Origin: a virus
Taxonomy: Duplodnaviria; Caudoviricetes
Strand: one strand, 5' to 3'
IMG/VR virus record: IMGVR_UViG_3300010376_000080
Span: 1 to 37,733 of that record
DNA: 37,733 nt
The notes beneath the pieces were generated by a model. It was not told the origin of the DNA, did not search any database, and saw nothing but the letters and a program-made list of their open reading frames with translations. A program made the translations under genes and the position numbers. This document shows positions 1 to 9,311 of the stretch, piece after piece. The stretch's first letter is position 1. Each line of letters starts with the position of its first letter.

Positions 1-2
1 CG

Positions 3-263
3 ATAGCCGGTGGGGTGACCATGACAGGTCTCCTCACTTTATCAGGGGCTCCCAGTGCTGCGAACGGTGCCGCAACCAAAGCCTACGTGGACGGACGCAC
101 TCCAATTACTGTTGATGCACCTAATGATGGTCAGTATTATACTCGACATAATCTTGCCTGGGCCGTGGCTCCAGGTGGTCTTACAGATGCTCCGTCAGAT
201 GGTTCTACCTACGGCCGGTTGAATGGTGCGTGGTCCAATGTTATTGATGCAGGAACATTCTAA
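3..263 (+). CDS. C-terminal part of a tail-fibre/virion structural protein (runs off the window start)
   Basis: Open frame from the window edge. Contains MTGLLTLSGAP..AATKAYVD and two DAP(N/S)DGxxYxR repeats that also occur in the 1947-3794 fibre. Its stop overlaps the next ATG (TAATG). Confidence 0.7.
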   Translation: MAGGVTMTGLLTLSGAPSAANGAATKAYVDGRTPITVDAPNDGQYYTRHNLAWAVAPGGLTDAPSDGSTYGRLNGAWSNVIDAGTF

Positions 264-1579
264 TGGCGACTAATCCTATTAAGCTCCTGCGTTCCCTAAC
301 CGCGGGCAACCGGCCTTCTGGCCGTGTTTATGGTGAGCCATATGTGAATCTGGCTGATGGTCAGCTCGGCATTATCAACAACTCTGGTGGTGCCCAGGAC
401 TTAATCGGCGTTCCAATATTTTCGGCCAATGCGAGCTACCCGGCTAATTCCACAGTTAACTATGGAGGTCTGCTTTATACGAACCCAAGTGCGGTGACAC
501 CTGGAGCCTTTAGCCCATCTCAGTGGAATGCTTATTCTCAAGTCCCATTGTTTTCGACAGGTGGTGTCGGTAATATTCTACTAAATCCTGACCATGCGGT
601 TAATCAGTTTCAGCCGGGTTATTCAGGTGGTCTTACTGCTGGAGCTTCTAAATATTATTCTGATCAATGGTGTCTGAGTGCGAATAATAACGCACAGGTT
701 GGAGGACAGGTTACAGGACAGCCACCGAACACTGGTTATGTGAATTGTCTGGCAATGGTTAATGAAAAGACTATTGCAACTCCGGCGGCTGCTGATCTTG
801 CTTATATATTTCAGCCGGTAGACTCGACTTATATGATGCGTTTAGATTGGGGCAACCAATCTCAAGGCCCGTTTCCAAGTCCACAGCCAGTTGTCATTTG
901 CTTTTGGCTCAATTCAACTGCTGCTGGAACATACGCTCTTTCAATTAATAATGCTCAAGCCTCATCATCTATTGTATTTGATATCACTATTACAGCCGCG
1001 AATGTTTGGCAGTTCTTTAGTGTGCTTGTGCCTCCTGATACTGGTTCTGCCTATAGTCTTGGTGGTGGTCAGAGGCAAATGACAGTTGCTCTCGCCTTCG
1101 GTGGTGGAGCTAACTGGAAATGTACAGCCGGACAAATTGGTCAATGGGTTGCTGGACAGAGTAGGTATCTTACACCAAATACATCTGGGGCTTGGCTTGC
1201 TGCACTCAGTACCGTGTATATGACTGGCATGGTGATGTTGCCAGGGAATCTGGCTCCTTCTTCAGCTAATCTGCCCATGCTTTTTCGACCCATTAGTGAT
1301 GAGACATTTCGGTGTTATCGTTATGCCATGTATGCTGATGGGGGTATCTATGTTGCTGGAGCGCTCGCTGGTCAGACGTGGGGAGCTATTGTTAATCTTC
1401 CTGTTGTTATGCGAGCTCCGCCAACAGTCGCATATTTTCAGACAAATTCATCAAGTGGATTTACGATGCCACCTTCTATGGCGTATATATCACAACAAAG
1501 CTTTGTTGGAACGGCTGTGACAAGTACAACTGGGTCAGTTGCTTGGAGCGCGAAATACATAGTCAACGCTCGTATGTGA
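263..1579 (+). CDS. Putative tail fibre / receptor-binding protein, 438 aa
   Basis: N-terminal IKLLRS..AGNRPS....GEPYVNLADG head motif typical of fibre proteins. G/S/T/A-rich beta-type body. C-terminal ETFRCYRY...LPVVMRAPPTV motif common in phage fibre C-termini. Confidence 0.7.
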   Translation: MATNPIKLLRSLTAGNRPSGRVYGEPYVNLADGQLGIINNSGGAQDLIGVPIFSANASYPANSTVNYGGLLYTNPSAVTPGAFSPSQWNAYSQVPLFSTGGVGNILLNPDHAVNQFQPGYSGGLTAGASKYYSDQWCLSANNNAQVGGQVTGQPPNTGYVNCLAMVNEKTIATPAAADLAYIFQPVDSTYMMRLDWGNQSQGPFPSPQPVVICFWLNSTAAGTYALSINNAQASSSIVFDITITAANVWQFFSVLVPPDTGSAYSLGGGQRQMTVALAFGGGANWKCTAGQIGQWVAGQSRYLTPNTSGAWLAALSTVYMTGMVMLPGNLAPSSANLPMLFRPISDETFRCYRYAMYADGGIYVAGALAGQTWGAIVNLPVVMRAPPTVAYFQTNSSSGFTMPPSMAYISQQSFVGTAVTSTTGSVAWSAKYIVNARM

Positions 1580-1585
1580 GGGGCC

Positions 1586-1750
1586 ATGAAACTCCGCTAT
1601 CATGACAATCGACTCAAGGAAGCTTATGATACTGAGACTGCTATGAGCATTCCTTGGGACTCTGAAAAGAACCAACCCCTGGATATCGATGGCGAGATCG
1701 GGCGGCTTTGGAAAGAAGCAGGGAGCCCTAAGCCAGAACCGCCGCCATGA
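1586..1750 (+). CDS. Small 54-aa protein, possible tail-fibre assembly chaperone (not in the ORF track)
   Basis: GAGGGG RBS, ATG at 1586, MKLRYHDNRLKEAYDTETAMSIPWDSEKNQPLDIDGEIGRLWKEAGSPKPEPPP. The stop overlaps the next start (ATGA) and the ORF exactly fills the gap after the fibre gene. Confidence 0.65.
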   Translation: MKLRYHDNRLKEAYDTETAMSIPWDSEKNQPLDIDGEIGRLWKEAGSPKPEPPP

Positions 1751-1950
1751 GCAATGGTGAACAGCCTCCTCGTGTTCATGTACAAGATCCATATGTCACC
1801 CCTCCGGCAGTCAATTTCGGAGGGACTTGGTATGGTTTGATCCCACCAGATAACCCTGAAACAGGGTGGCTCTGGTTCAACACTAATACATTTGGATTAT
1901 ACGTTTACGAAGATTCCAACACTTGGGTCCAAATAGGAACTAACTGGTGA
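1747..1950 (+). CDS. Small virion-associated protein, 67 aa
   Basis: PPxNPxxGWLWFNTNTxxLYVY...WVQ motif typical of fibre-associated modules. Coupled at both ends (ATGA, GTGA). Confidence 0.65.
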   Translation: MSNGEQPPRVHVQDPYVTPPAVNFGGTWYGLIPPDNPETGWLWFNTNTFGLYVYEDSNTWVQIGTNW

Positions 1951-3794
1951 GCTATGCAGATTATACTCCTAATGGACCTTGGACAGACGGCCAGTCTGTT
2001 ACCAGAAATGTTGACGGCACTCTCTTTTCTTATTCTGCAGTGTGGAATGCCCTTAGTATAGTCCATAATACTTCGGGAACCACTAAGAACGCCAACGGGT
2101 TCTTAGTCACAAACCTCCCAACCCCAGTCAACCCAGGAGATGCGGCGAACAAAGCATACGTAGATGCGCATTCTGGTGGAGGCGGAGGCCTTCCAGATGC
2201 CCCATCTGATGGGACCACGTATGGCCGATATAACGCCACGTGGGTGAACGTAGTCAATAGGGCCGGTGACACTATGACGGGGCTCCTGACACTGTCAGGA
2301 GCCCCGACTGCGTCACTACATGCCGCAACAAAAGCCTACGTGGACGCTGTATCGATCCCAGCGCCAAGTAGCACAACCCCGTCTATGAACGGAACAGGAG
2401 CTCCAGGTGTTGCAGTCACCTATTCAAGAGGCGATCACGTCCACCCAACAGATACTAGCCGAGCTCCATTGGCTTCCCCTAGTTTCACTGGGAGTCCAAC
2501 TGCTCCAACTCCTGCTACTGGTGATAATAGCACTAATCTTGCGACGACTGCTTTCGTTAAAGTCCAAGGATACATCACTGGAAACCAATCCATAACCCTG
2601 TCTGGTGATGCCAGCGGTTCTGGTACTACCACTATCACTGTCACATTTGCTACGGTGAATGCCAATGTTGGAACTTACCAGGGCATCACAGTCAATGCCA
2701 AGGGTCTGGTTACAGCAGCAACGAATCAGAACTATGCTCCACTCGCTTCTCCTGCGCTCACCGGGACACCCACTGCCCCGACGCAAAGCCCAGGAGATAA
2801 TACCACCAATATTGCGACGACTGCATTCGTTACTGCCGCGGTCGTGGCAGGTGGAGGTGCTTCACCATCCAATGCCAATCCGGGTATGGATGGCACCGCG
2901 GCTCCAGGTACATCAGCTCTTTACTCAAGAGGAGATCACATTCATCCGACGGATACTAGTCGGGCTCCTCTTGCGTCTCCTGCACTTACTGGATCCCCAA
3001 CGGCTCCCACGGCTACGGCTGGAACGAACTCCACCGTATTGGCAACGACCGCTTTTGTTGTAACCGCGATACTGAACGCCGCAGTTCCGGCGCCCTACAC
3101 CTCCAACCCGGCTATGAACGGCACGGCCGCGCCGGGTGTCTCAGCAAACTATTCACGAGGAGACCACGTACACCCTATAGATACGAGCCGGGCACCATTG
3201 GCGTCTCCCGCTTTCACGGGAACACCAACTGCTCCAACTCCGGCTACATCTGACAATTCGACTAACGTTGCGACGACAGCATTTGTTCAGGCACAAGTTA
3301 AGCCTGCAAAAGTTTTGCTGAATACTTTGACTGCTAGTAACTCTGCTAATCTTCAAGACACTACCAGCTTCACAACTGCTTATACGTTTTATGAGCTGAT
3401 TTTTGAAGCCCTTATTCCAGTTACAACTTCCAATTCGTTTAATCTTCGGGCTTATTCTGGTGGTGCCTTTCAGAATACGAGCTATTTAGGTTCAGTTTGT
3501 TCATTTGGTACATCAGGCACTACATCTGCGGCTATACCGACTTCGGCTGTTCAGATGTCGCAAACGAATACAGTGTCTGGTTCTGGCATTAATGGATATT
3601 GCCGCATCTACAATATGGCTGTAACAGGATATTGTCAATTTACTGGACAATGTATACATGCTAATGGTACAATCTTTATTCCTGTAATATTTGGTGGAGG
3701 ATATAATGCAAGTGTATTGACAACTGGAGTTCAAGTCTTCTTTAGCACAGGTAATATTTCATCCGGTGTTATGAAAATCTACGGTATCACATAG
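1947..3794 (+). CDS. Tail fibre protein with internal repeats, 615 aa
   Basis: Four APLASPxxTGxPTAPT...N(S/T)Txx ATTAFV repeats (P2 gpH-type fibre repeat), three YSRGDHxHPxDTSR repeats, a ITVNAKGLVTAA motif and a distinct C-terminal domain ending MKIYGIT. Confidence 0.85.
   Translation: MSYADYTPNGPWTDGQSVTRNVDGTLFSYSAVWNALSIVHNTSGTTKNANGFLVTNLPTPVNPGDAANKAYVDAHSGGGGGLPDAPSDGTTYGRYNATWVNVVNRAGDTMTGLLTLSGAPTASLHAATKAYVDAVSIPAPSSTTPSMNGTGAPGVAVTYSRGDHVHPTDTSRAPLASPSFTGSPTAPTPATGDNSTNLATTAFVKVQGYITGNQSITLSGDASGSGTTTITVTFATVNANVGTYQGITVNAKGLVTAATNQNYAPLASPALTGTPTAPTQSPGDNTTNIATTAFVTAAVVAGGGASPSNANPGMDGTAAPGTSALYSRGDHIHPTDTSRAPLASPALTGSPTAPTATAGTNSTVLATTAFVVTAILNAAVPAPYTSNPAMNGTAAPGVSANYSRGDHVHPIDTSRAPLASPAFTGTPTAPTPATSDNSTNVATTAFVQAQVKPAKVLLNTLTASNSANLQDTTSFTTAYTFYELIFEALIPVTTSNSFNLRAYSGGAFQNTSYLGSVCSFGTSGTTSAAIPTSAVQMSQTNTVSGSGINGYCRIYNMAVTGYCQFTGQCIHANGTIFIPVIFGGGYNASVLTTGVQVFFSTGNISSGVMKIYGIT
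2360..3295 (+). repeat. Coding repeats within the tail fibre (MNGTAAPG-YSRGDHxHP-APLASP-TAPT-ATTAFV units)
   Basis: YSRGDH units begin at 2421, 2922 and 3150. Codons have diverged while the protein repeat is conserved. Boundaries are approximate. Confidence 0.85.
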
Positions 3795-3803
3795 GAGAGA
3801 CAC

Positions 3804-4727
3804 ATGGATAACTACTGTATCAGCGTGGGCCACGGCCTCAAGGTCCGTGGCGCCAAGGGATATATCGATGAGGTGGACGAGGCCAAGTGGCTTGTGGGTG
3901 AGCTGGAAAAGGAGATTGAAAAGCGCGGCGCAACCGTGGACACATTCTTCGACACTACATCCACCACCCAAGACCAGAACCTCAAGACCATTGTCAACTG
4001 GCACAACAGCAAGAAGCGGGTGGGTGATATCAGCATCCACTTCAACGCCTATGAAACCACATCCAAGCCCATGGGCACGGAGTGTCTCTACGTAACCCAG
4101 AGTGCAATTGCTCAGGCAGTCGCCTCCGCGATAGCCGGGGTTGGTTTCAAGCCTCGCGGAGCCAAGAAGCGCACTGATCTCTACTTTCTTAACAACACGG
4201 AGGAGCCAGCCATCCTGATTGAGGTGTGCTTTGTCGATAGTAGCGCCGACGCGAATCTATGGAAAAGCAAAAAGAGTGCCGTGGCCCGCGCGCTGGCGGA
4301 CTTGGTCCGACCCCTTGACCCGGAGAAACAGGTCAGCCGTCCGGCTACTATTCCTGACAACCAGAAGGGTATCACTGCCTCAGTCTTTGGAGGAGAGTCT
4401 GATCCTAACTGTAGTGCTTACGATGAAGACAAGATGCTCAATGATACAGACCTTTACATCGCGCTGCCAGATAGGTTCGAAGACAATCGCCCTGAAGTCC
4501 GAGTGCATAACCGGCAGACAGGTAAGAGTGCGGTGGCGGAGATATGGGACGTCGGCCCTTGGAACATTGACGATCCGTATTGGGACAAGGGGACCCGGCC
4601 CCAAGCCGAATCTGGTACTGATATGTCGGGGCGTAAGACTAATGGGGCAGGAATTGATTTGTCTCCAGCCCTCGCAAAGCAGCTCGGTGTTGACGGGATG
4701 GGGGAGGTAGACTGGGAGTTCGTATAA
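3804..4727 (+). CDS. Endolysin: N-terminal Amidase_3 (N-acetylmuramoyl-L-alanine amidase) plus C-terminal RlpA/DPBB-like domain
   Basis: Zn-amidase motifs ISVGHG, E, ISIHFNA, GTE and PAILIEVCFVDS. C-terminal AEIWDVGPW...GIDLSPALAKQLG resembles the RlpA double-psi beta-barrel DRGP/IDLS motifs. AGGAG RBS. Confidence 0.85.
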   Translation: MDNYCISVGHGLKVRGAKGYIDEVDEAKWLVGELEKEIEKRGATVDTFFDTTSTTQDQNLKTIVNWHNSKKRVGDISIHFNAYETTSKPMGTECLYVTQSAIAQAVASAIAGVGFKPRGAKKRTDLYFLNNTEEPAILIEVCFVDSSADANLWKSKKSAVARALADLVRPLDPEKQVSRPATIPDNQKGITASVFGGESDPNCSAYDEDKMLNDTDLYIALPDRFEDNRPEVRVHNRQTGKSAVAEIWDVGPWNIDDPYWDKGTRPQAESGTDMSGRKTNGAGIDLSPALAKQLGVDGMGEVDWEFV

Positions 4728-4924
4728 TGCAGGGTCGAGTACCCCCTATCGGCGGAGCCTTTCCGCAAACACAGCCAAATATCCAACAAGACGCGGCCAC
4801 CAGTCCGGTGGCCCCGCAACCCGCTCCAGTCTGGGTCAACCCTCCGCCCTTGGCGGTAGTGCAGAGGGCTCTCGTTATTAAGAGGCCAACGATGCCGCAC
4901 CCGCCCTGGATGTATACAAGATGA
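4727..4924 (+). CDS. Pro-rich hypothetical protein, 65 aa
   Basis: Coupled to the endolysin (TAATG) and to the next gene (ATGA). Confidence 0.55.
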   Translation: MQGRVPPIGGAFPQTQPNIQQDAATSPVAPQPAPVWVNPPPLAVVQRALVIKRPTMPHPPWMYTR

Positions 4925-5133
4925 ACCCAGGTATCTCTGAAGATGTTAGCAAGGTAGCTCAATCAATTGTCGAGGGCATGAAGGCCCAGCCCATTGCCCT
5001 CGGCCTTGTTGTTCTTAACTTAGTCTTTCTTGCAGTGTTCTATCTGCTATTCTCAGCACTAAATGTTAGGACTACTGCGGACCTTGAGCGATCTGACGCT
5101 ATCATAGTAAAAATGTTAGAAAAGTGCAAGTAG
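4921..5133 (+). CDS. Holin-like single-TM membrane protein
   Basis: Hydrophobic segment IALGLVVLNLVFLAVFYLLFSAL, basic C-terminus, last gene of the lysis cassette. Confidence 0.6.
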   Translation: MNPGISEDVSKVAQSIVEGMKAQPIALGLVVLNLVFLAVFYLLFSALNVRTTADLERSDAIIVKMLEKCK

Positions 5134-5240
5134 GCTACGTAGATACCAGTCTCCTTGCCCCATAACTGCCTTGTAATGCGCATAAAATGATTCCCATGGG
5201 GCCTAGTAGCGCCCCCAGGCACCCCTACCCCTAGAATCTC

Positions 5241-5693
5241 CTAATGTAGGTGCTTTGGCGGAAAAAAGTCCACAAACCGGCCGCTATCTCGGCTTGTGTC
5301 CTCAACTGTCCACGGCCCCAGGCTTGGTTTTCCGGGCCCTCTAATAATATCGGCATCCCCGCAGTATTTCTCCCCTGTTCTGAATTCTATTTGGACATGA
5401 ACTATTTCACGCCTATTCTTGGGCATCTCACCATGCTGATCTAACTCTCCAGACCAAGCCTCAGCTATCATAATTACAGTATCAGGCATCATATCTCTAA
5501 CCAATCTCTTAAGTTCCATGCTTATCATATCTTTTTCTATACTATTATTGAAAGGTGGTAGGTCACAAATAATTCGATGCCCTTCCTTAATGAAAACAGC
5601 CATGGGATGAAAGCTCCCTTGCCGGGAAAAGAACTCCCGCACCAGAGACAGTTCATCATCGATAAATTTTCTTAGCTCTGGTTGAGATACCAC
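5241..5693 (-). CDS. Hypothetical protein, ~150 aa
   Basis: Probable GTG start at 5693 with GGAGG RBS. Contains an IAEAW...RREIV motif seen in phage hypothetical proteins. Confidence 0.65.
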   Translation of the reverse strand: MVSQPELRKFIDDELSLVREFFSRQGSFHPMAVFIKEGHRIICDLPPFNNSIEKDMISMELKRLVRDMMPDTVIMIAEAWSGELDQHGEMPKNRREIVHVQIEFRTGEKYCGDADIIRGPGKPSLGPWTVEDTSRDSGRFVDFFPPKHLH

Positions 5694-5896
5694 GGCCTGT
5701 TCCTCCACCTCACATAAACATCCTTGACTGCCATGTGGCTGAGACCAACTTCTGCAGCCAGCTCTCGCCAAGACCAGTCTTTATCATCACGCAGGCGAAT
5801 GATCTTTTTAACCAGAGCCGGGTCCCTTGGTGTACCCAAGGGACCAATCTGCACACCCGGCACTCTCCCGCGTGGTCTTCCAGTCTTCTTGCGCAT
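5672..5896 (-). CDS. Helix-turn-helix DNA-binding protein with an AT-hook-like GRPRGR
   Basis: IIRLRDDKDWSWRELAAEVGLSHMAVKDVY HTH pattern, N-terminal TGRPRGR, own upstream promoter. Confidence 0.75.
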   Translation of the reverse strand: MRKKTGRPRGRVPGVQIGPLGTPRDPALVKKIIRLRDDKDWSWRELAAEVGLSHMAVKDVYVRWRNRPWYLNQS

Positions 5897-5921
5897 GACA
5901 CTTACCCCTTAACTTCATGGT

Positions 5922-5950
5922 ATTATAGCACAACCCCATTACAGATGCAT
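5922..5950 (-). promoter_or_regulatory. sigma70-like promoter for the HTH gene
   Basis: Minus strand ATGCAT-N17-TATAAT, with TG upstream of -10 (gttgtgcTATAAT). Confidence 0.6.
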
Positions 5951-5958
5951 GGTTGAAT

Positions 5959-7446
5959 TTATTCTAACCACTTTTTGAATTCGTCCCCAACCAGTGTCTC
6001 ACTCATGCGTAGCTTCTTACGTAGTACCTGGATCAATCTCTCATCCAGAGTACCCCGCGCACGCAAGTCGATGTATGTGACGGATTTGGTTTGTCCGATT
6101 CTGTGGGCTCTGTCTTCGCTTTGCTGCCGATCCTCATTATCAAAACTATTGGCGAAATATATAACCATATCGCACCTCGTCCATGTGTTGCCAAACTTTC
6201 CCACGCTTTGGTTACTGACGATGAAGCGCGTAAGATCATCTCTTTGAATACGCGCCCTCGCAGCCAGCCGGTCAGCCAGCCTATGTTCGCCCCAAAATCC
6301 CACCGTACTGTCATGCCCAAACTCCTCTCTTAACCTCTCCACTATCTTGCGAAGTGCTTGCGGATAGGGCGCCCATATTATAGCCTTGCCCGTGTGTTGA
6401 TGCAGTATCTCAACTACGGCTTCAGTTCTGTTCTCTGGAATATCGTACAGGGTCTCCCCATCTTCTTGGCGCACGTGTCCACATAGAATGTGCTGCATCT
6501 TCCCAAGTTGGTCCAGCTTGATTTTAGCCGTGCTAAAGACGCCTGCTTCAAGCTGTGTGAATGCTTTTTCTTTCATCTGGTTGTAGTGGTGTTCTTGCTC
6601 AGGGGTAAGTTCAACATCCCAGTATTGGAAGATTTTTGGAGGCAGATCAAGGACTTGATCCTTGGTCACTCGATAACTTCGCCGGTTAATTTTTCCTCGA
6701 AGCTCTTCAATATTTCTCCATGCGACAACCACATTGGTGAGTTTGGCCCTGACACCATTTTTCTCATCCTCTTCACGCTTGGCTCTGGGACGGAAGTCCA
6801 CCTTCTTCATCTCGGCGTAACGGACCTTAAAGTTCCACCAATCCTTTACGCCAATGATGTTAGGGTGCAAGAACCAATACTGTGTGAACAAGTCGCCAGG
6901 GCTTTCAGGCGCCACCATGCCAGATAAAATCCGCCGAGCAACAAAGTATCCGTTATGGTACATAAAGAACTTGGTTCTAGCTGCCGTTTCATGAGCAATG
7001 GTAGTTGATTCATCGACGACCCCAATTACCTTCCGGCCACTACAGAATTTGTGGAGATATTCTCTTGCAGGGCCACTCAGATTAAAGGCTTCAATGTTCA
7101 TGGTGAGAAACCGTGGCCCTTGGACCCGAAGGAAGTTCTGCAACCCTGCTTTGATCGTGGTATTCCCACCACTAATCCATGGCATGACACGGATGTCTTT
7201 GCGCATCTGTGGTGGAGTCCACAATTCAATCTCTCCTGGCTCCTCCTCTGTGCCTATCCAATTCATATAACAACCCTTGGGGCCGAAGACGACAAGGTCC
7301 TGTGCCCTGCCATCAGCCACCCGTATGAGCCAATCCTCGATTATTGGCCGGGACTTTCCGGTGCCCTGCTCCATCAGCAGGGCATAGAAGTCGTACATAT
7401 GCAGCTTTTCTCTGGCGATCACTTGGTGCTGATATGCCGGGAGCAT
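5959..7446 (-). CDS. SNF2-family (SF2) helicase/ATPase
   Basis: Walker A MEQGTGKS, VDEST (DExx), LSGMVAP, GNTWT and motif VI QQSEDRAHRIGQ. Start set at MLPAYQHQ (TAATG coupling). Confidence 0.92.
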   Translation of the reverse strand: MLPAYQHQVIAREKLHMYDFYALLMEQGTGKSRPIIEDWLIRVADGRAQDLVVFGPKGCYMNWIGTEEEPGEIELWTPPQMRKDIRVMPWISGGNTTIKAGLQNFLRVQGPRFLTMNIEAFNLSGPAREYLHKFCSGRKVIGVVDESTTIAHETAARTKFFMYHNGYFVARRILSGMVAPESPGDLFTQYWFLHPNIIGVKDWWNFKVRYAEMKKVDFRPRAKREEDEKNGVRAKLTNVVVAWRNIEELRGKINRRSYRVTKDQVLDLPPKIFQYWDVELTPEQEHHYNQMKEKAFTQLEAGVFSTAKIKLDQLGKMQHILCGHVRQEDGETLYDIPENRTEAVVEILHQHTGKAIIWAPYPQALRKIVERLREEFGHDSTVGFWGEHRLADRLAARARIQRDDLTRFIVSNQSVGKFGNTWTRCDMVIYFANSFDNEDRQQSEDRAHRIGQTKSVTYIDLRARGTLDERLIQVLRKKLRMSETLVGDEFKKWLE

Positions 7447-7733
7447 TAGACCCTCTTCTTCGTTCTGCGCTCTTCCACCAGTTCCCACATGGTCGGCCTA
7501 TAGGCGGTGGACAGGGTGTTCTTCGGCCATGCAGAATGATTGAGCCCCTCACCTACCCGGTTAATTGCCTTGAAGAATGGCTTGGAGCCGATTACATCCG
7601 GTCCTTCCCCCACAATGCAGATGTCCTGCATTGTTACCCCATAGACAAGGACCCGAAACACCGCGGGTGCCGGGTACTTATCGTAATCCCTAATGGTCCC
7701 CCAGACCATTTGCCGGTAATCGAACTTGCTCAT
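7446..7733 (-). CDS. Hypothetical protein, 95 aa
   Basis: Translationally coupled at both ends within the operon. Confidence 0.65.
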   Translation of the reverse strand: MSKFDYRQMVWGTIRDYDKYPAPAVFRVLVYGVTMQDICIVGEGPDVIGSKPFFKAINRVGEGLNHSAWPKNTLSTAYRPTMWELVEERRTKKRV

Positions 7734-7915
7734 TCTGGCTCCACTGGTTCAATTGTTAAATAGTTGGGGTTCGTTAGCACCTCACGCCGATACCCACGTA
7801 GACGCTTCACCCGGCAATCATCGCACATATAGCCGAGTGGAATGCGCTTGGCATCAAACTCAAGCCATGCTTCCTTACCGCTGCCACAGATGCAGGCATC
7901 AATCTTCAGCTCCAC
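7730..7915 (-). CDS. Small Cys-rich (zinc-binding) protein, 61 aa
   Basis: CICGSGK and CDDC motifs, GGAGG RBS before a GTG start. Confidence 0.65.
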   Translation of the reverse strand: MELKIDACICGSGKEAWLEFDAKRIPLGYMCDDCRVKRLRGYRREVLTNPNYLTIEPVEPE

Positions 7916-7965
7916 AGCAACCTCCTGTTACAGTGTAAAGTATTATAGCCGGTATTTTTGTGGAT

Positions 7966-8385
7966 TTAAAGCTTGATTATACTTTCGACTTCAGCAAAGT
8001 TCCAGTTGGAAGGACCCCCATCCCAATGCCAAGCCGACACTCCATCTAGACCATAGTCGTGTAATGACTCAGCTTGACCTCCGTCCATAAACCAGAGTTG
8101 ATCTACGCCTGCTTCTTGTTTCGTTTTGGGGGTACGACGGACAGCAATCCAGCAGCCGCGGTTATATCGCCAGCGCCTCATAAGCCATGCTACTTGAAGG
8201 GGTTTAATCTGGGTATAGTATCGGTCGGTCCACTTCAATTCAATCCAAGCCTGCACACCATCTGGTGTGCAGAACTCGTTGTCCGGTATGCCTCCGGCCG
8301 TGGACCCAACCTCAATAGTGGACCAGTGCCAACCTGGAAACTGCTTCTGAAATATGCCTCTTAGTCCACCGTCTTTAAGGTGCAT
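7966..8385 (-). CDS. PD-(D/E)XK nuclease, VRR-NUC / Holliday junction resolvase-like
   Basis: IE..TAGGIPD...WIELK...IKPLQVAW motif set, next to the SNF2 helicase. Confidence 0.8.
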   Translation of the reverse strand: MHLKDGGLRGIFQKQFPGWHWSTIEVGSTAGGIPDNEFCTPDGVQAWIELKWTDRYYTQIKPLQVAWLMRRWRYNRGCWIAVRRTPKTKQEAGVDQLWFMDGGQAESLHDYGLDGVSAWHWDGGPSNWNFAEVESIIKL

Positions 8386-9103
8386 AGATCACGTGATAGC
8401 CCATGTGCTTCAGCGTGAAGATCACGTCTGGCTCAAGCTCCTTTTGCTTACGAAGCCAGTCGAAATAGCCGGGGTCTTTCGTCACTACCTCGCTTGGAGC
8501 GAGTCCTTTGTGCTTGCCGAACGTCATGATCTTTAGGAGTTGTGGGGTATAGCAGATGCGATAGAGCTCATCGGGGGTGTGTCGCTCAAGCATCTTGAGA
8601 ACGATGCCGGTGGTGGTGGCGACGTCGTAGAGAGCTTGATGTGGAGCTCGCTGCTTAATGGTCGTGGCAATGGTGAGATCTGGTTTAATTCCAAGCCAAT
8701 ATCTGAGAACTTGGTTAGAGTGGGCTGGTGCCTCGGGCCAAATGCGCTTTGAAATCTTAAGGGTATCGAGCCACTTGGCGACGATTTCAGGGAGCACTGC
8801 GGCATCAAAGGGAGAATTGTGGGCGACCAAGTACGTATCTTCGCGTATATGTCGTTTAAGAAGTATGATGGCGTTCTCACGAGTGATCGCACCTGATTCT
8901 GGAGCCAATCGTTGGGGATCAATATGGTGACTAGCATGAGCCACAGGATCAATAGGCCCGGCATACTGGACATAAGTTTCGTGGGCGAAGGTTGAGGTCC
9001 ATTTTCCATCTTGCAACTCCAAATTGTTCCAGGCCAGTTCCAATAGTTGGCCGCCTTTCTCAGGTAAGTTGGAGGTTTCGGTATCGGTTACCAGTAGGTT
9101 CAC
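8375..9103 (-). CDS. DEDDh 3'-5' exonuclease (ExoX/DnaQ-like) with a C-terminal MTFGKHKG domain
   Basis: DTET, VAHNSPFD and HQALYDV motifs. GTG start at 9103 overlaps the upstream stop (GTGA). Confidence 0.9.
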   Translation of the reverse strand: MNLLVTDTETSNLPEKGGQLLELAWNNLELQDGKWTSTFAHETYVQYAGPIDPVAHASHHIDPQRLAPESGAITRENAIILLKRHIREDTYLVAHNSPFDAAVLPEIVAKWLDTLKISKRIWPEAPAHSNQVLRYWLGIKPDLTIATTIKQRAPHQALYDVATTTGIVLKMLERHTPDELYRICYTPQLLKIMTFGKHKGLAPSEVVTKDPGYFDWLRKQKELEPDVIFTLKHMGYHVIYAP

Positions 9104-9294
9104 CGCCACATCCTTCCATACTCGTGAATGGGGACACGTAGGCACATATTCGCCTTTAGGAGCAGCACCCCGTAAGACGTTTCCCCAATATCTTCAATCC
9201 TAGCCGGGAGCCAGACCTCATGGACCATGGCCCCGCGCTTGTCTAACCCCTTGATTTCGATGATGTCCCCGATCCGAAGCGATTGTCCAACCAT
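9100..9294 (-). CDS. Hypothetical protein, 64 aa
   Basis: GGGGA RBS, coupled to the exonuclease. Confidence 0.6.
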   Translation of the reverse strand: MVGQSLRIGDIIEIKGLDKRGAMVHEVWLPARIEDIGETSYGVLLLKANMCLRVPIHEYGRMWR

Positions 9295-9311
9295 ATCTCA
9301 ATCCCCCAGCA

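Noticed and set aside
263-3794. Diversity-generating retroelement or invertible tail-fibre cassette
   Set aside because: No reverse transcriptase, invertase or adenine-specific TR/VR pair was seen. The repeats differ at synonymous sites.
5040-5222. 60-aa minus-strand ORF overlapping the holin-like gene
   Set aside because: It overlaps the holin antisense by about 90 nt and has no motif support. Possible but unsupported.
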